From: an uncultured Flavipsychrobacter sp.
Lineage (GTDB): Bacteria; Bacteroidota; Bacteroidia; Chitinophagales; Chitinophagaceae
NCBI GenBank assembly: GCA_964652995.1
Contig: CAZZCR010000004.1
Span: 85,954-149,953 of the forward strand
Length of the DNA: 64,000 nt
Reading direction: 5' to 3'
In this document: piece after piece, positions 28,943-39,477 of the stretch
Position numbering within the stretch: the first letter of the stretch is position 1
Layout of the letters: each line of letters starts with the position of its first letter
Translations under genes and position numbers: made by a program
Notes under the pieces: model-generated
Database searches by the model: none
What the model saw: the letters and a program-made list of their open reading frames with translations, nothing else
What the model was told of the DNA's origin: nothing

Positions 28943-31372
28943 ATGGGGAGAAGACCTAATTATAAAAAGACGGGATGGTATATGGTGCCGGCGTTGGTGG
29001 TGTTGTCCATCTTGTCGGCCTGCAGGTCTACGAAACACCTTAAAGAAAACGAGTACTTGCTCTGGAAGAACAGACTTGAACTGCGTACCGACAAAGTAAT
29101 GCTAAATAAGGGCGAGATAAAAGACAACCTTGAAAGCATAATTGCTCAAAAGCCCAACAGCAACTATCTGGATCTTTCGCCCGTGAAAGTTCCCATGAAG
29201 CTTTGGCGATACAACCGCAGGTACAAAAGACTGAGCACTCGTCCGGATTCTCTGTTACCCAAATCCGTGGAGCGACCTGTATTACTGGACACTAACACAA
29301 TAGGAAAATCGGCCCAAAACATGAAAGCATACCTATTCAATCAGGGATACTTTTATGCCAGAGTATCAGATACAGTAACATACAGGAAGAAAAAAGCGAT
29401 TGTATCATACAAGATAGACGCAGGTTCCAACTATATCATTAACAAGATCAACTACAAAGTAGATGATAGCGGCATTAAGTCGGTTATATTGAGTCATCAA
29501 AAAGGAGCGTCTATCGAGACAGGCAAAGAGTTCACCTATGGGCAACTGGAATCTGAGCGCAGCAGACTTACAGCTATTATCAACAACCATGGCTATCGCA
29601 GGTTCACGCTGGAGAATATCACGTTCAAGATCGACACCATGGAGAAGTCCATGTTCAGGGTTGCCAGTAGTCCGTTTGAGAATGCGGTAAACTTCATTGC
29701 CCAGTCGAAAAGTAACAAAAAGAGTACTATAGACATTGATGTGATCGTGAGAGAGGCAGAAGATACGTTGGCGTATAATGTCTTTTACATTAATGCAATC
29801 TCTGTTTACCCTGATGCTGCAGCTGCTTCTGTCGGCAAAAACGATACACCAAAGATCATAAAAAGACTTGGCGGCATCGAATTCAGGTACTACAGTGAAT
29901 ATGTACATCCGAAGGTTCTTTATGAACACATTTTCATGAACCCGGGAAACCTGTATTCAAAAGAGAATGAAGACAAGACGAATGCAAAACTCGGGGAACT
30001 GGGCATCTTTCAGAACATACGGGTACAACCGAGGGAGAACCGAGTAACGAGGGATAGTGTTGAATATAACGTCTTCCTCACCAAAGCCCCGAAACACGAC
30101 TTCACCACAAATTATGAGATCTCGAACGGTACTACCTATTTCTTAGGAAACTCATTGAGTTTGAATTACATGAACAAGAACTTCCTGAAAGGAGCGAACC
30201 TGCTTTCCATAGGTGCCAACGGAGGTTTGGAAACGAACTATAATGACGCTGCAGCCGGCGATATATTTAAAAGGTTCAGCCTGCTTACTATGTATTATGG
30301 TTTGAACGCCAGCATTGATTTCCCGAAATTCCTTGCACCTGTACCCAAGTCTTTATTCTCTAGAAGCAATCTACCTCACACTATCTTCAGTTTAGGTGAA
30401 AATGTAATAGACAGGGTCGATTATTTCAAACTCCTGAATACTAGTATACACTTCTCGTATAACTGGCACGAGACGGATATTAAAACATGGAGTTTTGCAC
30501 CGGCTTTCGTGAACGTGATAAGGGTACCATATATTTCACCATCGTTCCAAACCATTCTGGACTCAAACCAATACCTGAAAAACAGTTACCGAAAAACGTT
30601 TATTGAAGGTGAGAGCGTCACATATAAGATAGATAACAACGTTAAGAAACACGGAATCAATTATTCTTACCTGAGGGTATCATTTGAGGAAGCTGGAGGT
30701 ATTGTGGGCGCGGTTAACAAATTCGGGGCTGCGGTTTACGGATTTGATACTATCCCATATGCGCAGTACACTAAATTTGATTTTGACGGCAGGCACTATC
30801 TCACAGCAAAACACTCAGTTTTCGCATTCAGGTTCTACGGAGGTGTAGGTCTACCATATGGACTGTCGGAATCGCTGCCGTACATCAAACAGTATTTTGT
30901 AGGTGGTCCGTACAGCATGCGTGGATGGAGGATAAGAACACTGGGACCGGGTAGTTTCAGGGACACTTCCAACAAACTGCCGAATCTGGTTGACAGAACC
31001 GGCGATATAAAACTTGAATTGAACAGTGAATACAGGTTTCCGGTTGCTCCGTTGTTTGCAGGTGCAGTGAAATTGAATGGCGCGCTTTTTGCCGACGTTG
31101 GTAATATGTGGCTTTCGCGCGCCAACAAAGACTACCCGGGCGGAGAATTCGCTTTCAGCAAACTGGGACAGGATCTCGCAATGGACCTTGGAGTAGGCTC
31201 CCGTTTTGATATCGCATCCTTTCTCACGTTCAGGGTAGATGTAGCAGTACCGGTGAAAAAACCGTCCATTACTCAAAACAGCGGCTGGGTGTTCAGTGAA
31301 GTTGACTTCAGCAACCCGACCTGGAGGAAGGACAACGTAATATTAAATATTTCCATAGGCTACCCTTTTTGA
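28943..31372 (+). CDS. Omp85 (BamA/TamA)-family outer-membrane protein
   Basis: N-terminal lipoprotein-like signal (LSILSAC). C-terminal beta-barrel with an Omp85 motif (YFVGGPYSMRGW) and a terminal aromatic residue (…GYPF). Confidence 0.75.
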   Translation: MGRRPNYKKTGWYMVPALVVLSILSACRSTKHLKENEYLLWKNRLELRTDKVMLNKGEIKDNLESIIAQKPNSNYLDLSPVKVPMKLWRYNRRYKRLSTRPDSLLPKSVERPVLLDTNTIGKSAQNMKAYLFNQGYFYARVSDTVTYRKKKAIVSYKIDAGSNYIINKINYKVDDSGIKSVILSHQKGASIETGKEFTYGQLESERSRLTAIINNHGYRRFTLENITFKIDTMEKSMFRVASSPFENAVNFIAQSKSNKKSTIDIDVIVREAEDTLAYNVFYINAISVYPDAAAASVGKNDTPKIIKRLGGIEFRYYSEYVHPKVLYEHIFMNPGNLYSKENEDKTNAKLGELGIFQNIRVQPRENRVTRDSVEYNVFLTKAPKHDFTTNYEISNGTTYFLGNSLSLNYMNKNFLKGANLLSIGANGGLETNYNDAAAGDIFKRFSLLTMYYGLNASIDFPKFLAPVPKSLFSRSNLPHTIFSLGENVIDRVDYFKLLNTSIHFSYNWHETDIKTWSFAPAFVNVIRVPYISPSFQTILDSNQYLKNSYRKTFIEGESVTYKIDNNVKKHGINYSYLRVSFEEAGGIVGAVNKFGAAVYGFDTIPYAQYTKFDFDGRHYLTAKHSVFAFRFYGGVGLPYGLSESLPYIKQYFVGGPYSMRGWRIRTLGPGSFRDTSNKLPNLVDRTGDIKLELNSEYRFPVAPLFAGAVKLNGALFADVGNMWLSRANKDYPGGEFAFSKLGQDLAMDLGVGSRFDIASFLTFRVDVAVPVKKPSITQNSGWVFSEVDFSNPTWRKDNVILNISIGYPF

Positions 31373-31441
31373 TCTTTTGCGTGATATCCACACCGGGTGA
31401 AACGTAGCGGATGAATAATATGATTTTTATCAGCAAACGCA

Positions 31442-31449
31442 TATATTTG
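31442..31449 (+). promoter_or_regulatory. candidate -7 promoter box (TAnnTTTG) for hppA
   Basis: TATATTTG lies 35 nt upstream of the ATG at 31485. Confidence 0.4.
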
Positions 31450-31484
31450 CGGACTTTAACAAAATTTAACACACATCATTAATT

Positions 31485-33668
31485 ATGACTCTTTTCTATT
31501 TAGTACCAGCCTTCGGTGTATTGGCGCTGCTATACACCTTTATCAAAAGTGCCTGGGTATCCAAACAGGACGCGGGCAACGAGCGTATGACGGAAATTTC
31601 GAAATACATAGCGGAGGGTGCTATGGCATTTCTAAAGGCGGAATATAAGATCCTGACCTATTTCGTGATAATTGCAGGATTGCTACTTGCCTTCATGGGT
31701 TACAGCAATCCTAAGTCAAGTCCGGTTATTGCTCTGGCATTTGTTATCGGAGCATTTTTCAGTGCCCTTGCTGGTTATATAGGTATGCGAATTGCTACCA
31801 AGGCAAACGTTCGTACTGCAGAAGCAGCAAGAACCAGCCTGTCAAAAGCACTGAATGTTTCATTTGGCGGTGGTTCTGTAATGGGTCTGGGTGTTGCCGG
31901 TCTTGCTGTTTTGGGTCTTGGAAGTCTGTTCATCATTCTAAAAATGATATTCGCGCCAAATGCTGCAGTAAATTCTGAAGAAATGGAGCGCACAATTGAG
32001 GTACTCACCGGCTTCTCACTAGGTGCCGAGAGTATTGCACTTTTTGCTCGTGTAGGCGGAGGTATCTATACAAAGGCTGCTGACGTTGGCGCTGACCTTG
32101 TAGGTAAAGTTGAAGCAGGTATTCCTGAAGATGACCCACGCAATCCGGCAACTATCGCCGACAACGTAGGTGACAACGTAGGCGACGTAGCCGGTATGGG
32201 TGCTGACCTGTTCGGGTCTTACGTGGCTACTGTACTTGCTACAATGGTTCTGGGTCGTGAAACAACTTCTGCCGGCGACAATTTCGGCGGAATGGCACCG
32301 ATACTCCTGCCAATGATGATAGCAGGCGTAGGTATCGTCCTTTCAATCATAGGCACATTGTTTGTACGCATCTCTGACAATGTGGGCAATAGTACTGCAG
32401 CAGTGCAAAAAGCGCTGAACCTGGGTAACTGGGGATCGATTGTACTAACCGCGATAGCGTGTTACTTCCTCGTAAACAACATCCTTCCTGCAAACATGAA
32501 TCTGCGTGGCCATGAATTCACAAGCAATGGTGTTTTCGGTGCAATTATCGTAGGTCTGGTAGTTGGTACATTAATGAGTATGATCACCGAGTATTATACT
32601 GCAATGGGCAAGCGTCCTGTACTTAGCATAATCAGGCAGTCTTCAACCGGTCATGCAACGAATATCATCGGCGGTCTGGCAGTGGGTATGGAGTCAACAA
32701 CACTCCCAATACTGGTGCTGGCAGGTGGCATATGGGGTTCTTACCAATGTGCCGGCCTTTACGGTGTGGCCATTGCAGCAGCGGGCATGATGGCAACAAC
32801 AGCGATGCAGTTGGCGATAGACGCATTTGGACCAATAGCAGACAACGCAGGCGGAATAGCCGAAATGAGCGAACTGCCAAAAGAAGTACGTGAAAAAACA
32901 GACATACTTGACGCAGTGGGTAACACGACAGCGGCTACCGGTAAAGGTTTCGCAATCGCGTCTGCGGCGCTTACCGCATTGGCGCTGTTCGCAGCCTTCG
33001 TGGGCGTGGCACACATAGATGGCATTGACATTTACAAAGCAGACGTGCTGGCTTGCCTGTTTGTTGGAGGCATGATACCATTTATTTTTTCCTCACTTGC
33101 GATACGCGCCGTGGGTGAAGCAGCAATGAGTATGGTGGAAGAAGTTCGCCGCCAGTTCCGTACCATTCCGGGGATCATGGAAGGCACCGGCAAACCTGAA
33201 TACGATAAATGTGTTGCTATCTCTACAGAAGCATCTATCCGCAAAATGGTATTACCAGGTGCTATTACGATCTTGTCTCCATTGGTGATAGGGTTTCTTA
33301 TGGGCCCTGAAGCCCTTGGCGGTTTCCTGGCGGGTGCTACGGTAAGCGGCGTGCTGATGGGTATGTTCCAGAACAACGCCGGTGGCGCATGGGACAACGC
33401 TAAAAAGTCTTTCGAAAAAGGTGTTGAGATAAACGGCGAGATCTACTACAAAAAGTCTGAGCCCCATAAGGCGTCCGTAACAGGTGACACGGTGGGCGAT
33501 CCGTTCAAAGATACTTCAGGTCCGTCTATGAATATCCTCATCAAGTTGATGTCTATTGTCGCACTGGTTATCGCTCCTACAATTGCTAATGTTTCTAAAC
33601 CAGCGGCAACACTGAAGGAAACAGCTAAAGAAGTAAAAATCGTTACAACAACTAACGAGACCAAGTAA
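31485..33668 (+). CDS. hppA: membrane-bound ion-translocating pyrophosphatase, K+-dependent subtype
   Basis: 16-TM M-PPase with motifs [21 protein letters not shown] and [13 protein letters not shown]. It has Ala, not Lys, at the K+-dependence determinant. Confidence 0.95.
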   Translation: MTLFYLVPAFGVLALLYTFIKSAWVSKQDAGNERMTEISKYIAEGAMAFLKAEYKILTYFVIIAGLLLAFMGYSNPKSSPVIALAFVIGAFFSALAGYIGMRIATKANVRTAEAARTSLSKALNVSFGGGSVMGLGVAGLAVLGLGSLFIILKMIFAPNAAVNSEEMERTIEVLTGFSLGAESIALFARVGGGIYTKAADVGADLVGKVEAGIPEDDPRNPATIADNVGDNVGDVAGMGADLFGSYVATVLATMVLGRETTSAGDNFGGMAPILLPMMIAGVGIVLSIIGTLFVRISDNVGNSTAAVQKALNLGNWGSIVLTAIACYFLVNNILPANMNLRGHEFTSNGVFGAIIVGLVVGTLMSMITEYYTAMGKRPVLSIIRQSSTGHATNIIGGLAVGMESTTLPILVLAGGIWGSYQCAGLYGVAIAAAGMMATTAMQLAIDAFGPIADNAGGIAEMSELPKEVREKTDILDAVGNTTAATGKGFAIASAALTALALFAAFVGVAHIDGIDIYKADVLACLFVGGMIPFIFSSLAIRAVGEAAMSMVEEVRRQFRTIPGIMEGTGKPEYDKCVAISTEASIRKMVLPGAITILSPLVIGFLMGPEALGGFLAGATVSGVLMGMFQNNAGGAWDNAKKSFEKGVEINGEIYYKKSEPHKASVTGDTVGDPFKDTSGPSMNILIKLMSIVALVIAPTIANVSKPAATLKETAKEVKIVTTTNETK

Positions 33669-33685
33669 CTAATACACCTCATAAT

Positions 33686-33727
33686 ACGAAGAGCCCGCGA
33701 ATAGATTCGCGGGCTCTTCGTATTTTA
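33686..33727 (+). terminator. rho-independent terminator of hppA
   Basis: 17-bp perfect stem acgaagagcccgcgaat / attcgcgggctcttcgt, followed by ATTTT. Confidence 0.7.
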
Positions 33728-33777
33728 CAAACAAATTAAACAATGTCAGATAATATTGTTTATTGATATTTAATTCG

Positions 33778-33785
33778 TAAGTTTG
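33778..33785 (+). promoter_or_regulatory. candidate -7 promoter box for the DEAD-box helicase gene (long 5' UTR)
   Basis: TAAGTTTG lies ~120 nt upstream of the ATG at 33909. Confidence 0.35.
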
Positions 33786-33908
33786 CATTGAAACACATTA
33801 GTTTCATCCTTTCAGTGCCAGAGCGATTCTTACAACTGGCAGTTCTTCTCCCGTCATTCCGGAGTTTGTTATAGCACTTACAGGACATTCACATAACAAC
33901 TAAATTTA

Positions 33909-35180
33909 ATGACATTTAACGAATTGAATTTGATACCCCCGATCCTGAAAGCATTGGAAACGGAGGGATACAAAAACCCAACCCCTATCCAGGAACAATC
34001 GATACCAATATTATTGCAAGGCAAAGACCTTTTAGGCTGTGCGCAAACGGGTACAGGCAAGACAGCTGCATTTGCCATTCCGATTTTACAACTACTACAT
34101 GCGGCACATGCAGAACGCAATCATAAAGCAATAAAAGTACTTGTACTTACGCCGACAAGGGAATTGGCGATACAGATAGCCGACAGCTTTGCCGCCTATG
34201 GCCGCAACCTATCGTTGAAACATACAGTAATTTTTGGTGGTGTCCCTCAGGGAGCTCAAGTACAGACGTTGCAACGAGGAGTTGATATACTGGTTGCCAC
34301 ACCCGGACGCCTACTAGACCTTATAGGGCAGAGATATATAAGTCTAAAGGATATCGGCACATTCGTTCTGGACGAAGCAGATAGGATGCTTGACATGGGA
34401 TTCATACACGACGTGAGGCGCGTAGTAGCATTGCTGCCGCAGAAACGCCAGACGCTGTTTTTTAGTGCTACGATGCCCCCTGAAATACAAAAGCTGGCTA
34501 ACAGCATTTTGGTGAATCCGGAAAAGGTAGAAGTAACACCCGTTTCCTCCACAGCAGATACCGTTACACAATCGGTATACTTTGTTGACAAGAAGGACAA
34601 GAAAAAACTTCTTGAGTACGTTCTTGAAGACAAGAAAATAGAAAGGGTACTGGTGTTCACCAGAACTAAACACGGGGCTGACAAGGTGGTAAAAGACCTG
34701 AACAAACATGGTGTAACGGCTGAGGCTATTCATGGAAACAAATCGCAGAATGCCCGTCAACGTGCGCTGAACAATTTTAAAGACGGAAAAATACGGGTAC
34801 TTGTGGCAACAGACATTGCAGCCAGGGGTATTGATGTTGACTTACTGTCGCATGTCATAAATTATGAGATCCCTGAAGTTCCGGAGACATATGTGCACCG
34901 AATAGGACGGACAGGCAGGGCCGGAGCGAGCGGTATTGCACTCTCATTCTGCGAAGAAGAAGAAAAAGCAGACTGGCGAAACATTATCAAATTGATAGGC
35001 AAGCAGGTTCCGATCGTTGACAACCACCCCTACCCTTCAGAATCGCAGGGACTGGTGCAGATTAGACCGCCTAAAAACAAAGATGTAGTGGCTCGGCCAA
35101 ACGCAATTGCCTCACGCCCGCGCGGAAATGGCTCTGGCCCCGGGAACCGGAACCGTAATTTCAGAAAAACTGAGAAATAA
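33909..35180 (+). CDS. rhlE: DEAD-box ATP-dependent RNA helicase (RhlE-like)
   Basis: Q-motif, AQTGTGKT, PTRELA, DEAD, SAT and HRIGRTGRAG motifs, plus a basic Arg/Gly/Asn-rich C-terminal tail. Confidence 0.9.
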   Translation: MTFNELNLIPPILKALETEGYKNPTPIQEQSIPILLQGKDLLGCAQTGTGKTAAFAIPILQLLHAAHAERNHKAIKVLVLTPTRELAIQIADSFAAYGRNLSLKHTVIFGGVPQGAQVQTLQRGVDILVATPGRLLDLIGQRYISLKDIGTFVLDEADRMLDMGFIHDVRRVVALLPQKRQTLFFSATMPPEIQKLANSILVNPEKVEVTPVSSTADTVTQSVYFVDKKDKKKLLEYVLEDKKIERVLVFTRTKHGADKVVKDLNKHGVTAEAIHGNKSQNARQRALNNFKDGKIRVLVATDIAARGIDVDLLSHVINYEIPEVPETYVHRIGRTGRAGASGIALSFCEEEEKADWRNIIKLIGKQVPIVDNHPYPSESQGLVQIRPPKNKDVVARPNAIASRPRGNGSGPGNRNRNFRKTEK

Positions 35181-35352
35181 TCAAATGATTAGTACCGAGT
35201 TGTAATTTCAGGCACGGTTTTTGCATCGTAATTCCATTGAAGCGTGAATGAGGCAAAATGCAGCGTTCAATTTTTCACAAAAAAGTGTTTTGAAATTCAA
35301 TTTTGTATAACTTTACAGGCAACCATTTTTTTATCACAAAAACAAACGAAAA

Positions 35353-36759
35353 ATGAAAAAGTTTTTTTTACTCTTGGCCTCGGGCTCTATCGCTCTGACG
35401 AGCGTGGCGCAGCAGCGCACAATGAACTTCGAACAGAAGGACAAAATGAAGACGTTCAAGTCGAGCGATATTCAGCGTCCACAAACTAGCGTAACTGCTA
35501 AGAAAGGAACAGCAGGCGGTGACAGGTGGTACAGCTACAACAGCTACCTGAATGACATGCTTACTGCAACTGTAACGCAAGAAGCTGGTTTCTCTTCTAT
35601 GCTGATATGGGATGATACCGTTCATCAGGTAAACTATACGTCTGGTCCGGCTAACATCAACATGCTGTCGATTGGTACTATTTTTGACCCATCGTCTGTT
35701 GGCTTCAACAATAACGATTACTATCCGGGTGCAATGGCTGTAGGTCCTACGGATGCTTACGTAGTTGACTCAATCGCTGTATTCGGTGTATACAAAGGAA
35801 ATACTGCAAAAGCATCTATCGTGGATACTATCCGTCTTGCTTTTGTAAAAGGTAACGGTGGCGCTGCGGCATCTGACGACATTTTCGGTGGTGCTCTTGG
35901 TGGCGGTGGTCACTACGGTGCTGCGACTTTCGTAAACATGCGTCACGACAGTCTTCGTAACACTGCTCATTCAGGCACAGTTGCTGTTGGAACTCCTACG
36001 CCAATGATTCAGGACATTGTTCTGGTTAACACAGGTGCATCGCCAGCTTGGGCTGACACGTCAGCTAACGGTATCTGGGGTGGTGCTATCAAACTGAATT
36101 CACCGATCAGCGTATCTGCTAACGGAATGGTAGGTATGTCTATCACTTACAAATCTGGTGAGTCTATCCCATCAGGTACAATGGTATTCAACGCTGTTAC
36201 AAACGCAGCTAACCACAACATTTTCCTCCCGATTGTTGGATATGCTTCTGACGCTGCTGGTGATGTACAGTGGGCTCCATACTATGCTGCACCAGATCCA
36301 AAAGCTGATAGCAACGTAGGTTTGTTCAAAAGGATGCCAGGAATCCTTGGATGGGCCGGACAGTATGTTCCAACTTGGGCTTGGTCTTCATCTGGAACTA
36401 CTTCAGGAGCTTCAATCCTTCAGTTCCCAGAAGTTAGCTTCCACGTAACATGTACTACTTGTGGTGTTGTTACTGCTCCTCCAACAGTTGTTGGCAATGT
36501 TGCAAACATCAGCAAAGTAAATGCATATCCTAACCCAGCAAACGACGAGCTGAACGTTCCGTTCACGCTTGATGCTACTGCTGACGTAACAGTTACACTG
36601 AGCAACATGCTTGGTCAGGTAGTTGCTACTAAGAGCATGAACAGCGTTTCTAAAGGAACCGCTACTTTCAACACAGAAAACCTGCCTGCAGGCCTTTACA
36701 ATTATGCTGTAATTGCAAATGGCAACCGCACAACGGGTCGTGTAGTTGTAGCACACTAA
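35353..36759 (+). CDS. secreted protein with T9SS type-A C-terminal sorting domain, unknown function (paralog of 7177-8568)
   Basis: Signal peptide MKKFFLLLASGSIALTSVAQ. C-terminal domain (AYPNPANDELNVPFTL…GLYNYAVIANGNRTTGRVVVAH). Blocks shared with the paralog: RWYSY, DYYPG, DAY.VDS, IR.AFV, NTGASPAW, GW.GQY.P.W.WSSSG, FH..C..CGV. Confidence 0.8.
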   Translation: MKKFFLLLASGSIALTSVAQQRTMNFEQKDKMKTFKSSDIQRPQTSVTAKKGTAGGDRWYSYNSYLNDMLTATVTQEAGFSSMLIWDDTVHQVNYTSGPANINMLSIGTIFDPSSVGFNNNDYYPGAMAVGPTDAYVVDSIAVFGVYKGNTAKASIVDTIRLAFVKGNGGAAASDDIFGGALGGGGHYGAATFVNMRHDSLRNTAHSGTVAVGTPTPMIQDIVLVNTGASPAWADTSANGIWGGAIKLNSPISVSANGMVGMSITYKSGESIPSGTMVFNAVTNAANHNIFLPIVGYASDAAGDVQWAPYYAAPDPKADSNVGLFKRMPGILGWAGQYVPTWAWSSSGTTSGASILQFPEVSFHVTCTTCGVVTAPPTVVGNVANISKVNAYPNPANDELNVPFTLDATADVTVTLSNMLGQVVATKSMNSVSKGTATFNTENLPAGLYNYAVIANGNRTTGRVVVAH

Positions 36760-36779
36760 GATCCTCTAACTGGACATAC

Positions 36780-36816
36780 AAAGAGGCAATGGTTTTTCCA
36801 TTGCCTCTTTTATTTT
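36780..36816 (+). terminator. rho-independent terminator
   Basis: Stem aaagaggcaatgg / ccattgcctcttt with a TTTTT loop, followed by TATTTT. Confidence 0.7.
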
Positions 36817-37040
36817 GGACATATACCTCCTCAAACCAACGGCTTTCCGTAATTTACCAATTCAAACGGCTACCCCAATAGCGTCATACTATTATATACC
36901 TATAGCACATGGCAAAGAATTGTATCAGGATATGCAGTTGCAAACCCGGCATCTTCGGTACTTGATTTTTTGTTTTTCAAAACAATATTCTATTATTGCA
37001 CACTCTTGCTGCGAAAATGCAGCAACTAACGAACACCTGA

Positions 37041-39380
37041 ATGGCAAAAAATCTGTTGATAGTGGAGTCTCCGGCAAAAGCCAAGACTATTGAGAAAATA
37101 CTGGGGAGTGATTTCGAGGTCAAGTCGTGCTACGGGCACATACGAGACCTCGAAAAGGAAGACATGGGCATAGACATTAAGGATGGCTATAAGCCGAAGT
37201 ATGTGGTGTCTGAAGACAAACTAAAGGTAGTTAAGGAACTAAAGTCGCTGGCAAAAAAATCGGAAGATGTTTGGTTGGCAACGGATGAGGACCGTGAAGG
37301 GGAAGCCATATCGTGGCATTTATGTGAAGTACTGGGACTTGATCCATACACAACAAAAAGGATCGTATTCCATGAGATCACTAAACCGGCTATTCAAAAG
37401 GCTGTGAAGACGCCAAGGAATGTGAACATGAATCTGGTGAACGCGCAGCAGGCACGACGAATACTTGATCGAATTGTAGGCTTCGAATTATCGCCGGTAC
37501 TATGGCGAAAAATGAGCATGCGCAATAATCTTTCAGCAGGTAGGGTGCAATCTGTGGCCGTACGTCTGATAGTGGAACGTGAAAGAGAGATCAATCAGTT
37601 CAACGCGATAAGTGCATATAAAGTAGAAGCCTATTTTGCCGCAGATGACATAAACAAGAAGAAGGTAACTTTTAAAGCAGAGGGTCCTGACAAGCTTAAG
37701 GATGCAGATAGCGCAGGGGCGTTTCTTGAAAAATGCAAGGGTGCAACTTACACCGTAAATGACATTCAGGTAAAGCCAGCAAAAAAGTCGCCGTCCGCAC
37801 CGTTCACGACTTCTACCCTTCAACAGGAAGCGAGTAGAAAACTTGGATACAGTGTATCGAAGACGATGCTATTGGCACAAAAACTCTACGAGAACGGTCA
37901 TATAACGTATATGCGTACCGACTCGGTAAACTTGTCTGAAACAGCTTTAGAAAGTGCCCGGCAAGCCATTACATCCCAGTATGGAGAAAAATACCACCAG
38001 ACACGCACGTTCAAAAATAAAAATGAGTCGGCGCAGGAGGCGCACGAAGCGATCAGGCCTACCGACATGAACATAACTACGGCGGGTGATGCAGACACTA
38101 CAAGACTTTACGAGCTGATCTGGAAAAGGACAATGGCCAGCCAGATGGCAGACGCTCAACTAGAGCGAACAATAGCAAAGATCGGTATCTCAACGGTAGC
38201 TGAAACGCAACTGACAGCAACAGGCGAGGTGCTTCGTTTTGATGGATTCCTTAAAGTATATAGCGAGGGAAAAGACGAAGAAGATGGCGAAGAAAATAAT
38301 GAAGGCATGCTGCCGCCACTTGTAACCGGCCAGCAACCTGACCTTCAGCGCATGGTGGCGACAGAACGATATACAAGACCATTGCCACGATACACGGAAG
38401 CATCGTTGGTAAAGAAACTGGAAGAGCTTGGGATCGGCCGTCCATCTACATACGCACCTACGATCAGCACCATTCAAGCAAGGGGATATGTTGAGAAAAA
38501 AGACAAAGACGGTACGAAACGAGCCTACACAGTCATTACGTTAAAAAGTGATGCCGTCTCAAAATCTTCAGAAAGTGAAAGTGTTGGTGCAGAAAAGAGT
38601 AAACTCTTCCCTACCGACCTTGGCATGGTGGTGACCGACTTCCTGAGGGAGCACTTCAAGACAGTAATGGATTATGACTTTACTGCGAGTATAGAAGCAA
38701 AATTCGACCACATTGCGGAAGGAAAGCAACAGTGGAACAAAATGCTGGATGAATTCTATCATCCGTTCCACGAAAGCGTGGAACATACTATGGAAAATGC
38801 TGGCCGTGCAAAGGGAGAACGCGAGTTGGGTGTGGACCCTGAAAGCGGTAAACCGGTAGTTGCTCGATTGGGCAGATTCGGTCCGATGGTGCAAATTGGT
38901 GTAGTGGAAAGTGAAGAAAAGCCGCGTTTTGCAAAATTAAGAACCAACCAAAGTATTGAAACAATATCACTTGAAGAGGCGCTTGAGTTGTTCAGGCTTC
39001 CAAGGAACCTGGGAATGTTTGAGGAGAGCGACGTAGTGGTGAATATAGGCCGCTTTGGCCCATATGCACAACATGCAAGCCAGTTTTATTCTCTGAAAAA
39101 GGAAATGGACCCATATACAGTGGGGCTTGATGAGGTAGCGCCGCTGATAGAAGAAAAGAGAAAAGCAAAAGCCGAGAGCGAGATCAAGATATTTGAAAAA
39201 GAAAAGATCAGGATCTTACGCGGACCGTATGGTCCCTACATCAAACAGGGATTGAGAAACTACAAGATACCGAAAGAAAAAACGGAAAAACCGGAGGACC
39301 TGACTCTGGAAGACGTGAAAGCTATCATTGAGGACGTAAAAGCGAATCCTCCGAAAAAAGTAGCCCGAAAGAAAAAATAA
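37041..39380 (+). CDS. topA: DNA topoisomerase I
   Basis: TOPRIM start (KNLLIVESPAKAKTIEK), DEDREGEAI, and the active-site region (GHITYMRTDS). Lys-rich C-terminus. 779 aa. Confidence 0.95.
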   Translation: MAKNLLIVESPAKAKTIEKILGSDFEVKSCYGHIRDLEKEDMGIDIKDGYKPKYVVSEDKLKVVKELKSLAKKSEDVWLATDEDREGEAISWHLCEVLGLDPYTTKRIVFHEITKPAIQKAVKTPRNVNMNLVNAQQARRILDRIVGFELSPVLWRKMSMRNNLSAGRVQSVAVRLIVEREREINQFNAISAYKVEAYFAADDINKKKVTFKAEGPDKLKDADSAGAFLEKCKGATYTVNDIQVKPAKKSPSAPFTTSTLQQEASRKLGYSVSKTMLLAQKLYENGHITYMRTDSVNLSETALESARQAITSQYGEKYHQTRTFKNKNESAQEAHEAIRPTDMNITTAGDADTTRLYELIWKRTMASQMADAQLERTIAKIGISTVAETQLTATGEVLRFDGFLKVYSEGKDEEDGEENNEGMLPPLVTGQQPDLQRMVATERYTRPLPRYTEASLVKKLEELGIGRPSTYAPTISTIQARGYVEKKDKDGTKRAYTVITLKSDAVSKSSESESVGAEKSKLFPTDLGMVVTDFLREHFKTVMDYDFTASIEAKFDHIAEGKQQWNKMLDEFYHPFHESVEHTMENAGRAKGERELGVDPESGKPVVARLGRFGPMVQIGVVESEEKPRFAKLRTNQSIETISLEEALELFRLPRNLGMFEESDVVVNIGRFGPYAQHASQFYSLKKEMDPYTVGLDEVAPLIEEKRKAKAESEIKIFEKEKIRILRGPYGPYIKQGLRNYKIPKEKTEKPEDLTLEDVKAIIEDVKANPPKKVARKKK

Positions 39381-39401
39381 TTTAGTTGATACTGTGTGAA
39401 T

Positions 39402-39444
39402 AATAAGCCGGTGAGATCAAACGATCTGACCGGCTTATTGTTTT
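39402..39444 (+). terminator. rho-independent terminator of topA
   Basis: Stem aataagccggt / accggcttatt with inner pairing, followed by GTTTT. Confidence 0.65.
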
Positions 39445-39477
39445 GAAGCGTAATTTCGGCAAAGACGAAAAAAGACC

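Noticed and set aside
35244-35489. 81-aa ORF upstream of and overlapping the T9SS cargo gene, and the 92-aa ORF at 36815-37093 upstream of topA.
   Set aside because: They run through promoter and leader regions and into the real genes in another frame. They have no domain features.
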